Shown here: positions 50,592 through 64,000 of the stretch, one piece after another
Position numbering within the stretch: position 1 is the first letter of the stretch
Layout of the letters: every line of letters begins with the position of its first letter
NCBI GenBank assembly: GCA_036172245.1
Contig: JAYWIR010000030.1
Span: 1,922,001 to 1,986,000, forward strand
Origin: Raillietiella orientalis
Taxonomy: Eukaryota
DNA: 64,000 nucleotides
Direction: 5' to 3'
Made by a program: the position numbers and the translations under genes
The notes under the pieces: generated by a model
What the model saw: the letters and a program-made list of their open reading frames with translations, nothing else
What the model was told of the DNA's origin: nothing
Databases searched by the model: none

Positions 50592-51739
50592 TCCAGTCCA
50601 GGATGGTAGTCTTGACCGCCGAGAACTGGATACGGCATTGGCGCCTGCCTGAGAGCGAAATCCTGAAAATCGCACGTTTGCTATTGGGAGGCAATGGCGC
50701 CTCTGCCACCTCGCAACCAAGACCGCATGAAGCCGGCTGGGCAGATCGCTTACCTGCCGAAAGCACCGGAGTCAGATCCCACTCTGTCCAGCGAACGGCG
50801 ACGCCTCGTAGCCACAGATAGATCCGCATCTCGCTCACTGGCGCAGAGTCGACACGCCCGTCCGCAACCTGGGAGCACCCTTCCCTTTGAGGAAGCGGAA
50901 AAAGACCGGAAGAAGTGGGTCCGAGTCGCCACCGCCACCCCGCCGGCTGCAGCTCTGCGGAAAGGAAACGACGGTTACCAGCAGGCAGGGTGGGCGTGAC
51001 CTCGTGGCAGGAGCCACGGAACCGGTGAGCCGGTACGAGACGGACCAGTTGGATGACGCGCCGCCGAAGAACTGCTCTGGTTGGGCAGAACGCCCGGAGA
51101 CGATGACGCCGTCGAAGGCTCTGTGATCCCTCTCACTGCCTGAGCAGCTCCGTGCTCCCACTCGGATGGCAGCACGCAGAGGCTTTGTTGTTGACTCGCT
51201 GGGGCTCCTCGCGCACCCGGCAGCAGCATCGCTGGACGGAGGGGGGGAAGCGACGACCTTCGGCACGGGCTTGCAGGCGCCTCGCGGTCCTGCCTGACTT
51301 CGGCGCTCCGAAAGAGCTGCTGCGGCGCTGCCCCCCCCTTGCCGGCGCGGCTTTCATCGCTTCCCGGACCGATGCCGCAGTCTGGCACCGCGCTCGGGAA
51401 CGCTAAGGAGGTGCGCGCCTGCAAGGAAGAAGGACCGGATGCCTCGACTCCGCAGTCGCGGGGAATGTGGCGAAACGCTCTCTGGAGGATGCGCCAGAAG
51501 GAGGGAGAAGGCCGTCTGCATCGCACGTAGGAGCTGCAGAAGACGCGGCGGGTGGGACCGGTGACCGCCGCCGACTGACTTGCTGCCTCCCCAGAGGTTC
51601 CTGCGTAGCCGCTCTGAGAGTCGGTAGTTTTCCTTCTCTCGTTTTCCTCCTTCCTTTGGAATTTCCGTAGGCCCGTGGATTTACCAGCCCTCGGCTCCCG
51701 TTCATTTTCTTTGTATCGGAAGAGAAAGGCACCCAAGCA
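50592..51739. repeat. 1.15-kb direct duplication, copy B
   Basis: See 33760-34907. Confidence 0.98.
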
Positions 51740-52479
51740 TCCGGGTGAAAAGCGTGGCGGCGAGCGTTTCACAGGAGTCCCCAATGCCATATCAGTAGCT
51801 TCAACTTCTGCTAAAGCACCATTCCCGTTTGAGGGAAAGGAGAGAGCTTCCCGTTACCATTGGGGGTCATTTCCAGACCATTATGGTGGACTGCTGAAGA
51901 GCTCAGCCCAGCGAATGAGTCCTTTCGGAGGGTCAGCGGCACGTAAGAGAGAGGCAGACTAACGCAACGGTGCTGCCGTTCGATAACCACCCCTGTTGCC
52001 GCCAAAATCTGTGGTCTGCACACGCAGACTGGATTTCCACGTTCCCAAAATGACATGGAATCTCAGCACAGGAGAAGGGAAGATGCAACTAGGGGATGCT
52101 CGTGTCGGTGTGCATCGAGTCGCAGAAGAATTTCAGAAAGAGCAGCTCCACGCAGAAAATGCATCTCAGTGAGCGCAGATTCTGAGGAGAGTGACAACCG
52201 AAAATCAGCCATTCCATCGCGATTCAAGAGTCCAAGATGGTTGATGGCCGTGTGGAAGCGGAACAGCTGGGATGGACTACCTCCGTGCAGCTGTCCATCC
52301 ATCTACCCCTTTTATGCATTTTTTTCATTTATCCAACTTGCTTTTTTATTTATTTATTTATTTTTCTCGCTGTTTTTCAAATTGTCGGCATTGTTTTTGT
52401 TTTTTTTTTGTTATTATTATTCGCTGCGCCGTGCATTCCATTCTCGTATCATTTCAAACACTAAATAGATGAAGCTCCC

Positions 52480-53205
52480 TCAATAGATTTTGAATTTGTT
52501 TTCGGGAGTTTGATCTTTCGGTTTTGTGATTTTCCAAGACCTTTAAACTTGAAGGATTCTGATCTTTCGGGATTATGGCATTTGGGATTGTTTATTGCGA
52601 CTTTATGAGCCAAACCTCTCCTCAGGAGCCCACACAACGACGGGCCCGCACTTTGGGAGCGTGGGTTTTCTCTGCAACTCTGCAGATTCTTCCGTGTTCA
52701 ATTCCCCATTCTCTGTCGCCTTTTTCTCTGAAGTGTTTTTCCTTTTCTTTGACGAGCGCGGCTTCCTCGGGATTCACCGTTTCGAGAACAGAAGCCTACA
52801 GCTACCCCTTTCGCGCGTTCCCTTCCCGCCCGACCCTTGTTTGTGGATCTTGATGTCAATCCGCGCGCGTGCAGATTGCAAAGTGATTCAAGGCCGTTTT
52901 TCCGAAAATCCCCCACGGACATTTTTCGCAGCTCGTCTCCTTCCTGAGAAGACGAGAACGGGTCGATAGCGCTCTCGTCAGAGCACGTGGAGATGCAAAG
53001 TGGCGAAACTGTGAAAATTCTGGTCCACTCGAGCATGTGGCTCCATGTGACTCCAGGGAAATAGGACCACTACTTTGTCGCGGTTTGTTAAGATTCCACG
53101 AGCGGCAGCGGCAGGTCTAGAACCCGGAAGCGCCTCCCTCGTCAGTCCACGTATCTCCTTCCCCCCTTTTCCCTTTTTACGCACGACTTGGGTCCAGTTC
53201 ATCCA
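52480..53205 (-). mobile_element. Decayed gag-like ORF1 of a non-LTR element (R1/Jockey-type)
   Basis: MNWTQVVRKKGK..DKVVVLFP and VLETVNPEEAALVKEK resemble typical ORF1 segments. Frameshifted. Confidence 0.35.
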
Positions 53206-55449
53206 TCACTCCGCTAGATTGGAAGCCACATGTGCTTGGGACTAGGTTATGCGCGCCGCGGACTGCAGAGAACAGGATGATGGGATGCCGGTTCCGAAGG
53301 CACGTTTCATCAGAGCTGCATCCATTCCAAGAGAGAGCAAGGAACCAGGAATTCCTCCTCCTCTCCCCTCCCCCTTCCCTCCAAAATGCTCTTCCCTGGA
53401 AACCAGCCTGAAGAACCCTCGAACTTGTCCCAAGGAACGGAGCGAGCAGGAGCAGGGAATCAAACGAGAAAAAGTGAAGGTGACCTTCAGTGAACATTAT
53501 CATCACGGTTTAATGTCGGACCCTGGAACACCCTACTACCAGCCGAGGTGCTGCCTGGGCAGCAGGGTATTTCATAACGGCGCGCGCCACGCCCTCATGG
53601 TGGTCACCGGGGATTCTGTGACCTTTCTTTCTTCTGTTCTGCGGAGAACAGGTCTTTCCTTGTAGAACAGCGCATCACCGTCCTCTAGCTGTTGCTATCT
53701 ATTGATCTCGTATCCTCTGGCCTTCCGTCGCGCAGTTGTCTCTCAACCTTTGCTCTTCGTTCCCCTACATCACAGCCCCAGGATCTCCTCAGCTAGGCAT
53801 CCTGCAGTCCCGAGATCTCCCACGAATCCACGAGCTGCGCACTTTCTTTCCCGAGTTCTGTTTCTCCGAGAGTTTCTCACCAACCGTCTGCCCTTCCTCT
53901 GTAGATCTTAGAGGTCGACCCTTTCCACAATGAGGAGTGGATCCCTGAGAGCTGATTTCATTCGATCGCTGCTATCCATCTCACCTTCCTCGGACTCAGC
54001 GATGCTGGGACCAGAGTGTCATGTAGATCCTCGATAAGCAACAATGGGATCCTGGAATTTGGAAGTTAAAAAGCAAAGCCACTCTGTAGAACTTTTCCTC
54101 CGCTCAAATCGGTGCATCTCTCGGCAAAGGAGGCTGCTTGGATCGAGATCGTAATTGATCCTCTGCCGAGAGATGCCGTCGGCGCCGTCGACTCTGACAC
54201 CTTAGTGACGTGATAATCAGGTCGGCTGGCAAGCCGAAAGTCCACTGCGGATGCCCTTCCCAGGCGGTTCCCAAGCTTCAAAGCTGGATGCTGTGCTCCT
54301 CATTTCGAAAGCAATCCTGGAGTCCGACGGCGTGGCTCCTTGACCGTATCTCAGGATCGTTCAAATCTCGTCCAGACCTCAGGGAGTCCCTACAGGGATG
54401 CTTTCTGGACCGGAGCTCCGTGCAGAGAAGCACGACTGGATTCCAGTGCTTGAGGACTTTTTAGCCGCAGCATGCAAGTCGGCAACCCAGGGGAGGGAAA
54501 GTGTTCCCTCCCCTGGGTTGCGGAGTTGTCTTTTCTAGCTGTTCCAGGAACTGAAATCTGGATGTCGAAAGAGAGAAGAGGGAACGAAATCGAGGCTGAA
54601 ATCGATGTTCGCGCGGGAGGAAAGAGCATTTCTCTCTTTCCTCCCCTCTCTCGACTCCTTATTTTTTTTTCCTACTTTTCTTTTTTGGCGTTTCCAGTTT
54701 CCCATTCCTGCGAGAGACGGGAAGCGATGCCGACAGCTGAAACGCCGCCTTATTTCCCCGGAACTCTCTGAAAGCAGCCTAAAAGTCCACAAGAAGTTTT
54801 GAAAACCGATGTATCTCCTCTGCTCTCACTGCTTTCTCGGCACTGGATTCCTCCAGGCGGATCCTGTAGATCGCGAGATCTAGATGGCCTCGCCGCCGAA
54901 GATGCCACTGCCTTCTGCTGGATTTCCGTATCTCAGCCTCTTTGTTCCCGCGCCTCGCTCATCTCGCGAAAGCATCTCCAAAAGCATGCTCTGGTTATGG
55001 TTGTAGTAGTGTGGTTGTTGTTGTTGTTGTTTCTAGCAAGAATAAAAAGCGCCACTAGTTCACTTTCGGTTGCCGCCTCTTGGTAACGTTCCGCGCGCTC
55101 CCATCCCGAGTGAAGATCAGTGCAGATGCAAAACGTTTATTAAGAGCCTTCTCGACACCGTTCCTCCGTGGCACGAGCCGGAGCCCCGCACGTCTCTCCA
55201 TTGCAAGGGCGTGCATGAGATCTCTGCTGACGTGCGGGACGAATGGTCAGATGACCAAGGAAACCGAGATTAAGACGAGTTCCATGCTGTAAGCGTGGAA
55301 GGGAGGGAGATCGGCGTGACTTGGTTGCGCAACGTCGATCCAGGGGAAAGAAAGGATGGGCAGATGGTGGTCGGGAGGAGCACCGTGCAGGACATTCGCG
55401 TCGCTCCCTGGCCCTCCGTAGCTCCGCATGAGCACTGTTGTCGAGCCAA

Positions 55450-58400
55450 CAACAGTGAGACAGATGCTCCAGGGTCAATCCTTGGTGGAGTCGCCAGACT
55501 GCCAAGCAGAAGGGGGGTCCTCCCGTGACCCCGCAGCGGCACAGCTAAGCTTCCTGGAGAAACCACCTCGTGTGTAGCACCGTGGCCACACCATAAAGAA
55601 AGTCCCAGGATCCACGCGTAACGAAACCTTCGTACTCCCGGGACCCACGCCCCCCTGTAAACAACTCCCTTCTGAAGGCTTTTCCTCAGCGTGCAAGAGA
55701 TTCACATTGGAAAAGGAGCAGGAGAACCGCCAGTGCGTGAGGACCACGCTGGCATCTTGGCGCCAACTGCGATCCACCCTCAGAAAAACCACAAGGAGAT
55801 TCGAGGAGGAGGAACCGAGCGGGCGGGAGAGGACGGGGAGCGGTCTGCTCCAGTGGATCGATGCCGCGAGTCTCCTGGCAACCTCGTCTGTCTCGGGGAG
55901 CACGCGCACGCGCACGGGGGGACGCCTCCGCTCCCCGCCGATCGAAGATCCCTTCGCCGACGGAGGGAGGGGAAGGAAGGGAGAGCGGGGAGTTAGCAGG
56001 GGAAAGGCCAAGGTTCGCAGCGGCGGATCGATCGCGCGCCTCCCTCGAGGGGTAGCCATTGGCGAGCGAGCGCGCCTGCGAGATGCATAGCCCTCCCTCC
56101 ACGGAAGACCGGCGATGGCTCAGCTTCTTGCCCTCAGGGCAAAGACTCCTGCAGGTGAAAAAACAGCATCCGCTCCAGGGACTGAACCACGGGAAAGTAC
56201 ACGACCACCTTCGCCGAGCTCCTACAACCACGCTGCGAACCCCTCCCAGGCACAGGCCACCAGCCCCGGAAGTCATGACATGGCCGATTCCTTGGCAAGA
56301 TTCCTCGCGAGGTGTCGAACGTGTTCGAGGGTCGAGGTGGCAAAAAGGACTGCTGGCGACCAAAGGGGAGAAAGGACACTCAGAGGTTCGAGATGCTTCC
56401 GTCTTAAAGGTGGTGGTGACACGTGGCAGTCCGTGGTCCCCGAAGGCCATACCTCCATAACGCTTTCTGCCTGCACTTTCCTTCCCAGCCCTTTCGTCTC
56501 CGGCAGCCCTCCTTGCTGCCTCGATTGCTCACGGCTCTTGAAGAGACGTGGGCTCCCTGAGAACACGAAGACAGGGACGTGTCTGGGGACGCGTTTCCCC
56601 ACGCCGCCATTTCCGTTTTCCTCCTTGGGTGAGGGAAGAGCAGCGTCCGGCCATGTCTCCCTGGGTTGCAGCAGGGTTTCCAGGGAAGGAAGACTTGGTA
56701 TCGCCGGGCGCACCGTCCCCGGAGGCGGGTTCGTCATGCAGCGAAACGTGAGAGGCCTTTGAGCTCCATGCAGGAAGTCCTCACACTCGAGAAGAGTGGA
56801 GAAGGAGACCGAGGGCCACACGCCCTTCAGGTGGATCGCTGGTCGGCCCTTTCCCCTCGGCGGGCCGGAGGCGAAAGCCTGGCCGAAAGCCGTCGCAGGT
56901 CGTGCTGCATTTGCAGTCTCGTTGGCGTAGCCGGAAGACGACTGCCGTGGGGATGATTGGAAGTCTCTAGATGGGTAGAGGTCTGCAGGGATCTCTTCCT
57001 GGATCCGAGAGGATTTTTCTCCCAGCAGCAAGTTCCGATCTCATGTGCCCTCGAGGCGTGCCCCTGTTCCCGCCCTTCCGCATTTGAGAAGATTCTCGAG
57101 AAACGAAGGGAAAAAGAAGGGATGCCGAGGCCTGCATCTCCGGATTTCTCCTTTCCCTGTCCTCTTCCAAGTTTTTCCGGGTTTCGCCTGAGGGAATTCC
57201 TCTTCCCTGATCCAAAGGTCTGCCGGATGCAGTCACTCGCGCATCTGGGTGAAAGGGAGAGGAGGAAGAACCAAAGGACACCCCCTTTCCCTGTCCGCCT
57301 CGGGGAAAAGCTATAGGCAGCAGTCCACCCCTTGTCGCCCACGGACCTCTCCTGTGCGCCATGTATCGGCGCTGTCCGTTCCTCGAAGAGGACAGGAGGG
57401 AAGCGAGGAATCGCGAGTCATGATAATGGGGGTCGGGGGTAGGGGAAAGCACCTTGACTCCTTGGACACGTAGAAGCCGTCTCTTCTCCAGATGAGTGGC
57501 CTCTTCTCCGATCCTCTGTCATCTTGAGGCTTCTCAGAGACTTTCCCTACGCGCACCATATCTCGTCCCGGTTTTCTTTTCTTACCCTGAGAACCAAAGC
57601 GACCTCTCGAAGGGGGAAAGCGACAGTCAGATACTCCTCAGCAGGACACGAGTGCGGCTCCCGGAGGATAGGGGTTCCTTCGTGGGCGGCAGGAGGGCGC
57701 CTGCTGAGCAGACGCCAGAAACATAGCAGGCTGGCTCCCCGGCGCCTCTTTTGCAGCTACTGTGCCGGGATGCGGGCGCAGGTTTGCGCCTTCAAAGCCA
57801 TAGGGGAGGGGAGGAAGGACCAAGCTCCGGGATTCCTAGCCCTGCAGGCACCAGGAGAGAGGTAGCTCGGTAGCGGAGAAGCCGCAGAACAATACCTTCA
57901 TCTCTTCCGTCCTCCCCGGCAGACCGGCTTCCCTGATTCCGAGGAGTTTGATCTTGAGCCGATGGCAGCGTCGAGTCTCTCAGAGGGTACAGAGTAGTCC
58001 GCCTGATGGTGTCTCCTAGTCGACGGTTCTCCTCACTCGAATGTGCCTCCAGAGAGGAGGAGGATCCCTGCACGAGATCCTGGTGAGCTATACGAGATCT
58101 CCCGAAACGCGTCGAGGAAGAGCGCAACCGTTGCGTCCGCGGCAGGAGGCGAGCGGAGGACCCAGGACGTGCAGGGCTGGAAGAGAACGGAGCGCGCGGA
58201 TGCGGACCGGCTGCTTCGAGCTGGCCCTGCCCACGTCGGACGCTGGTTTCCAAGGGAGACGGTCACCACTGAAGACCGATGGAGGAGGACCGAGGTATTC
58301 TTGCACTCCGCCTCGTCCTCCCAACACCCTTCTTCCAATTCTGTCCCCTTTCTCTCCCCTTTGTCTCACAAGAACCCGTCCCTGCTGGCGGTTGGCGGCA

Positions 58401-58535
58401 CTGTTTGCCCTCTGCAGCTGGAGATAGCAGTGTTTGGACTGCAAGCGGTGTCTTCAGGGGTTCGGGAGGAGCCGGTTTCGGGCATTTACACAACTCACAT
58501 GATCTCGACCCTGCTAACAAAAAAGAAAAAAAAAT
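55450..58535 (+). mobile_element. Decayed non-LTR ORF2, possibly RNase H-bearing (I/R1-like)
   Basis: NPWWS (~55477), QQGFQGRKT (~56669; cf. QxGFRxGRST), IPSPAGTRREVA (~57832; cf. WIPSHxGIxGNExAD), and an A-rich tract at 58519-58534. Confidence 0.35.
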
Positions 58536-59779
58536 AGGCGGAGAGCTGAGAGCCAGCGTAAACAACAGGAGAGCCCGTCGAGGTTATTGATTTTTATTTG
58601 TTTTGCCAGCTTGTTCAGCTTCCATCAGCGGGTGCGGCGGACAGGATGATACCTCCTCTCCAGAGCTCCCGACGAAACCTCCTGTTGTTGTTTTTTGTTT
58701 TGTTTTGTCGAGAGCGCGCTTACTTGCGTGCGTGTGCGCGCGGGCGGGCGTGTATTTTTTCGTCTTAGTACTCAGCGGCGGTGTTTGGCAGGACGAGCGT
58801 CTGCCGCCGACCTTTGGAGCGTTTTGCGGATGCAGTGGCTCCAGCGGCAGGCGGGTTCATTTCTGCGCCGAACGGGAAAGCGGCCGACAGAGAAGCTGGG
58901 AGTTCCGAGTATTGATTTAGAGCGAGAGGAGAAGATGAAGCACAGAAAGGATTCCTGGAGATTGGAGGCGGGAAAGGGAAACGAGAGGAAGGAAAGGACA
59001 CGTGCGTAATGAGGAGCCCCGTCCTAATGGATGGAAGGTGCGTCAGAGGGCATGTGAAAGGCGGAAGCGGGGAAATTTTCTTCCGCAGACTGAATGGCGT
59101 CGCGAATCGCGCAGAGCCCTAGAGGACGCGGCAAGGAAGGATTCTAGGAAGGACTCGCAGGTGAGCTGTGAGGTGGCGACGCCTCGGCTGCCTGCGGAGG
59201 TCCGAAGCGAGGGGTATGGGGGTGCCGTTGCACCATGTCAACCGAATGCCTTCACGTCTTCCTCACAGGGAGAAGCGGCTCTGCGCGATCGATCGCGTTG
59301 CCATCATCATGGGAACGCACGGACGGATGATCCGAAGCCGAACTGCTTCTCATCAGGAGGAATCGTCTGGCATAACAGAGTTCTGGCCTCCACCAACATC
59401 ACTCTTAATTGCGTCGTGCCGTTGATCATTCCGGTTTCCATTGGGGAACGAAGCACAGCCTTGATCTCTCCGTGCATTTTTTTCTCCTGAGGCGCCGATA
59501 AGCTCGAGTGGGATCGACGACGTCATTCTGGTATTCGCAGGTCGAGGAAATTTCATCCCCATGCGCAGCTTGACGATTCCAAAAATGAGGATTCGCTGCT
59601 TGAGCTCCACTTTGCGATACCTCCGCATCCTCTTTGCAGCGTTCGCCGTCACGTTAAAAAAGTTGCTTGTGATTCCGGCCAGGCCATCGTTCGAGAACTC
59701 TGTGGCTTCCTGTTGCCATTAGCGACGCATGAGAATTGCTATCCAAACTAGGCAAAACGGGTACGGTTCCGGATGCTAA

Positions 59780-60320
59780 ACCGGATGCTATCTTCGTTCT
59801 GAACAGGAACGTATAATTCGTCTATGTAAATTCTTGGAGATGACTCTTAGAGAGATCCACACATGCGAACGGTGAGGGCAGCATCCAGAACTCATCCGTT
59901 CCATCCCCTAATACAGCAGATAACCTCTCTCTCTCTTTGCATATGTGGATACACATCTTTCCAGTTTTCGATCTCTCCATGTCGATACGTGGTGAAGCAC
60001 TGTTCCAGAGGTGTCCTTAGATGTGTATGGTGCATTCTCCCGTGACCAAAATTCCTAAGAACCTGATGTCAGGAATTGGAATTTCCAGATTATCATCTCT
60101 GGCTCTGCCTTAAAACCTCCTAACCAACCTTTTCGTAACTGATTGAGAGCTCAAAAAATCCGTGACTTTTGGATTGTGCATGCCTGCCTTTTTTGTGCCT
60201 CATCTTCAAGGATCCGCACGATTGTTTTTCGCTGCGTATTAAGGAAATTGAACTTACAATCGAGATTCCAACATCCTTTCTTCTAGAACCCCCGTACACA
60301 CTTGTGCTTTCTTTGTTCTT
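59780..60320 (-). mobile_element. Possible decayed LTR-retrotransposon integrase remnant
   Basis: ILEDEAQKRQACTIQK (HHCC-like), QFLTSGS*EF (cf. QFTSxxFxEF) and LDAALTVR..ESSPRI (cf. AxR..GxSP). Confidence 0.3.
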
Positions 60321-63300
60321 TGTGATTTCCTTGTTCAAAGGAAAGCTGTCGGAACAATCAGTCAGTCTTTGTATTAATGGCTTCAAACACTTACGTACTG
60401 GTTAAATAGCAAAAGATTTCCAAGTAACGAATGATGCCCAAAGTAAGCTTTTTCCGCATCTGCATTGCCCAAATCATCATGCTGGTTCTGTTTTCAACTT
60501 TTTCCCTCTAATTACGCCCGCTAGAAGATATGGTAGATGCTTCTTGCACACGTTGTCTTAGCGATCCATCATCTAAACTACCTTAACCTGGATCACGAGA
60601 TACTGCTCTCGATACACGCTATTCATTCTTACGAATATAGTGTCTAATCTATTATAAAAATTCATTTGTTGTTAAATTTCTGTTATTTGCTAGTTATATA
60701 AATTCAGATAAACGAAGGACATAATCCTAAAAATCCTTCTTGATTTGGAGAGTATTCGTGGCATTACATACAGAAATGTTGACTACGGTGATTTAAAGCA
60801 CTCGGACAATGGGTGTGTTTTTTACACAAAACATCCTCAATGTACAAGATTCCTCATGTTCATGTATATACCATCATCGAATAAGCAAAATGTGGAGTGA
60901 GTATTCCTATTTTCAACGTGGATATCTTGATCGATAATTTTCAAATACGCGAGAACGTTTGAGATTTTTTATTTCAAGTAGAATTCAATTTTGATTCCAG
61001 CATTTCTGTGAGTGAATGCATGACTGAATTCGTTTCCTTTGGCAAATAAAATTAAAGAGATCCGAGTGAAACACAGCAGTCTGCCGGTGTCATTTTTCCT
61101 AATTTCATTTTCAGGCTTCGGAACATTGCAGTTGTCGTTCTAGGAAATGTGAATTTTTCTTACTTTTCTAATATTTCATTTGCTTCATCCCCCCCCCCCC
61201 CACACACACACACACTTTTTCCATCTCTCACCGTATCTGAAAGCAGTTCTTTCACTTCTTCAACGATATTGTATGAAAGGTGCTTTCATAGCTGATAGTG
61301 TATTGGGAAGAAAATCTCTTCCCTGAGACAGAGTTCTCTGGGAATCTGTTTAGAAACTATGGATTTCTGCATCACGCAATACTTGAACGAATCTGACTCC
61401 CATGAGTTTAAGTTTCTTGGGATCATTTTCCTGCTTTCTTCAGGGAGCAAAGCTTAGATAATAAGAGTGTGCTAAGCCAACTTTTCTTTCTGGGTATTTT
61501 GTATTGTGCTAACAAGCAATGTGGCTTTCAGAATTAATAACATGTGTATTTCGGTATCAATGGAAATGCTTATTGCTTTGATTTCGACGTCCCCGCATAC
61601 TTAAAAGGCAAACTTTTTAAACGGCTGATGCACCAGAAAAATTGTTTCCTACTTTATTTCCTGTGAGAATACTCTTCTTAATAACGATATCACGAATAAT
61701 GAAAAGTTTGGGGAAAGAGGGTTTTTTTTTTTTTTTTCGAAAACATATACGTGTACGTATGATAAGTATGATGTACAGATATGGGAGCTGGAATAAGTTT
61801 CGTGAGTGTATAGGGGAAATCATCAAACTTTTGAATCATAAACTTGAAGAAAGTTATTAGTTGCAGCATTTGAAGATTATTTTACGAAGATAACACACTT
61901 AATGTAACAGCAATTTCACAGTCTACCCATTTGAGCTTTTGCTTTTGAACTTTTCGCTGCCTGAGTTTATGCTTCATGAAGACTCGGTTTTGGTTTGTCA
62001 CCCGGATTTCCGGGGCATTTATTTGAAAAGGGCAAGCAAATGTTCCTGTGGTGAACCCCTTGGTTCACCACTTCATGGCAACTTGTCGGTCACCGGCGAG
62101 GTCCGTTTCCGCAGCGAGTAGGAAAAACACAAGCAAAAAGAAACAAAAAGTGCAACAAAAAATGGGGGAAGGGAAGGCAGAGAAGGGATCACTGCTCTCT
62201 GAGAGACGTCCTCTATATCTTGTTCGGTTATGGTTAATCAGTTAACTGGCTGTAATCTTTTTGGAATTACGGATGCTTAATCACGAATACAGTGTTAGCC
62301 TTTTCAGACTCTTGTACTATCGATTTTATTTATCGACAAAACAAACCTGACAGAAAAATTACTTCTCTGGCCTTGTTCATATCGCTACAAATTGATCCTA
62401 AAACATTTTTAATGTCTGTAATTTTTTCTGCACGTTTTCCCATGACGCCAAAGTAGAAAAGGAGCAGATTTTCCATGTTTTTTCGGGTCCCCTTAACTGT
62501 CAGCTCTCTCGTCTGATTCCGCTTGTAAGAAAATATGCAGCAGCCCTGACTTTGCCTCGCACTCCGAAACAGCCCAAGACTGTATTCGGCTGAGTAGGTG
62601 CGTCTCGAGGCGTGTTCTGCGTACGTTCCGTATTGTACATTAACTGATTGCAGGAGGTGTTCCTTATGTCTTGCTCTGCTCGTTGATACTTGAGAGCGCG
62701 TGGATCCCAATTTTTGAATTCGAACGATTTCGGCATTTCGTTCAAATGTCTTCACGCCTGAAAGCGGCCTCGCAATCCGGAGCTGCCGCCTGAGCAACAT
62801 GGCCGGTTCGCGTCATGACATGTATCCTTGACAACTCCTGAATGGAATTTAATTTCTTTCTTTGGCACATGCTGCGGAAAATTACGAAATTTACATTTTA
62901 TTTGTACCCCTGTAACGGATTTTTTATCTGGAGTGATCGCAGCAGTACAGACAGCAAGACCACGCGGATACTGAATGTTCGTTGCTTGTTGGGCAGGCCT
63001 TTTGCATTTGGTTGTCCGTTTGATTTTTGTTTGTTGATTTCGCAAATGAAGGTAAATTGATGATTTTATGCAAACCGCCGGAAATTCTCAAAGAAATGAA
63101 ACCTTTTCATCCAGAGCGCAATTTAGCGGTAGCTTTTGCCTATTGAAGTCGACGGGATTTAGGTGTTAAGGTTCCCCAAACTGCTTGATTAGAGGATCTA
63201 ATGCCATCCAAGACTGGAGTATCGGACCCCTCGCGCCTATTACATCGTAAAGGTGACTGACTTGAAAATCTCATTTCCATCAAGTGTGTGAATGTGGTCC

Positions 63301-64000
63301 ATCCAGGTCCATTGAGCCTTGTAGGAGTAGTTATCTTTAGGTGTTTGGAAACTCCTGTACAATTTTGATGACTGATGTTGGGTTTTCTTGCACATAAAAG
63401 AAATCCAACTAACCAGATAAAAGTATTTGGAAACTATTATTCATTGCTGTTTGGAATTTAGAATTTTAGCTTCAGAAGAGTTCTATCTGTGGTGTTGTAT
63501 GATGGCAAAAGCTTAATGTTCCTATAGAATAAGTGGATATCGATAAAAATTTTAGAATTCATAGTGCCTTATTGTACCTCTTCGTTATTATTTTTCACTT
63601 GTTGTCATGGAGATGGTGATTGAAGCAACTCGATATGGCTTATTCTACAACACTTGATGTTTCAGGAATCTATTCCCATGATTTTAACCATGGGTCTTGC
63701 CTGACTTCATGAAATCCCAGTTTCATTTTTAGAAATTGTGTTCTGTTAACTCACTTGATATTCAGAGCAATTCAGGAGTGGTAACTACTGCCACTCAACT
63801 TTTGCATCATAGAAATTCATGTTATGGCAATGGATAGTCTCATTAGTGAAATTGTGTATGGGGAAAGTTCCCTGAGTATTACATACCATCTTATCCTAAA
63901 GCTTATCAGATTTCACAACTTGTACAGGATTGATATCATTACAGCATTTTCCAATAATACAGCTACACTTTGAGATCTTTTAGAATATTCAAAGTGCTCA

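Larger units (their letters stand above)
19000..60320. mobile_element. ~41-kb GC/CpG-rich cluster of nested, heavily decayed retroelements
   Basis: Sharp composition change relative to the flanks. No intact long ORF. Recognisable broken APE, RT, RNase H, RLE, zinc-knuckle and integrase motifs on both strands (listed separately). Boundaries approximate. Confidence 0.75.

Noticed and set aside
33760..51739. Direct repeats as LTRs of an 18-kb element
   Set aside because: No TG..CA termini, PBS, PPT or TSD. The edges fade into LINE-like sequence and the interior is a mixture of unrelated remnants.
59350..59500. PIF1/Helitron helicase-like GMINGT
   Set aside because: No other helicase or Rep motifs nearby.

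Overview
This is eukaryotic (probably arthropod) genomic DNA in two regimes. (1) An AT-rich, CpG-poor gene island at about 7-18 kb holds two convergent intact genes with very short introns. One is a stand-alone CASD1-like SGNH O-acetyltransferase/esterase (+, 7155-9069). The other is a complete 18-exon rdgB/PITPNM gene (-, 15004-10104, about 1157 aa; 13 of 17 introns are 40-57 nt). A possible micro-exon gene lies at 4.7-5.3 kb. (2) GC/CpG-rich blocks at about 1-4 kb and 19-60 kb have no intact long ORF and read as a graveyard of heavily decayed retroelements: R2/NeSL-like RT and RLE nuclease, several L1/Tx1-like LINEs, copia- and gypsy-like remnants, and a tRNA-derived SINE family. The most unusual signal is that badly decayed LINE cargo sits between perfect target-site duplications (15 bp and 10 bp) with tail-less AATAAA ends. 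Nearby are a 98%-identical inverted duplication with a palindromic junction, a near-identical 1.15-kb direct duplication and several perfect hairpins, i.e. recent rearrangement or re-mobilisation of long-dead sequence. All protein-family calls are by eye from motifs; no searches were run.
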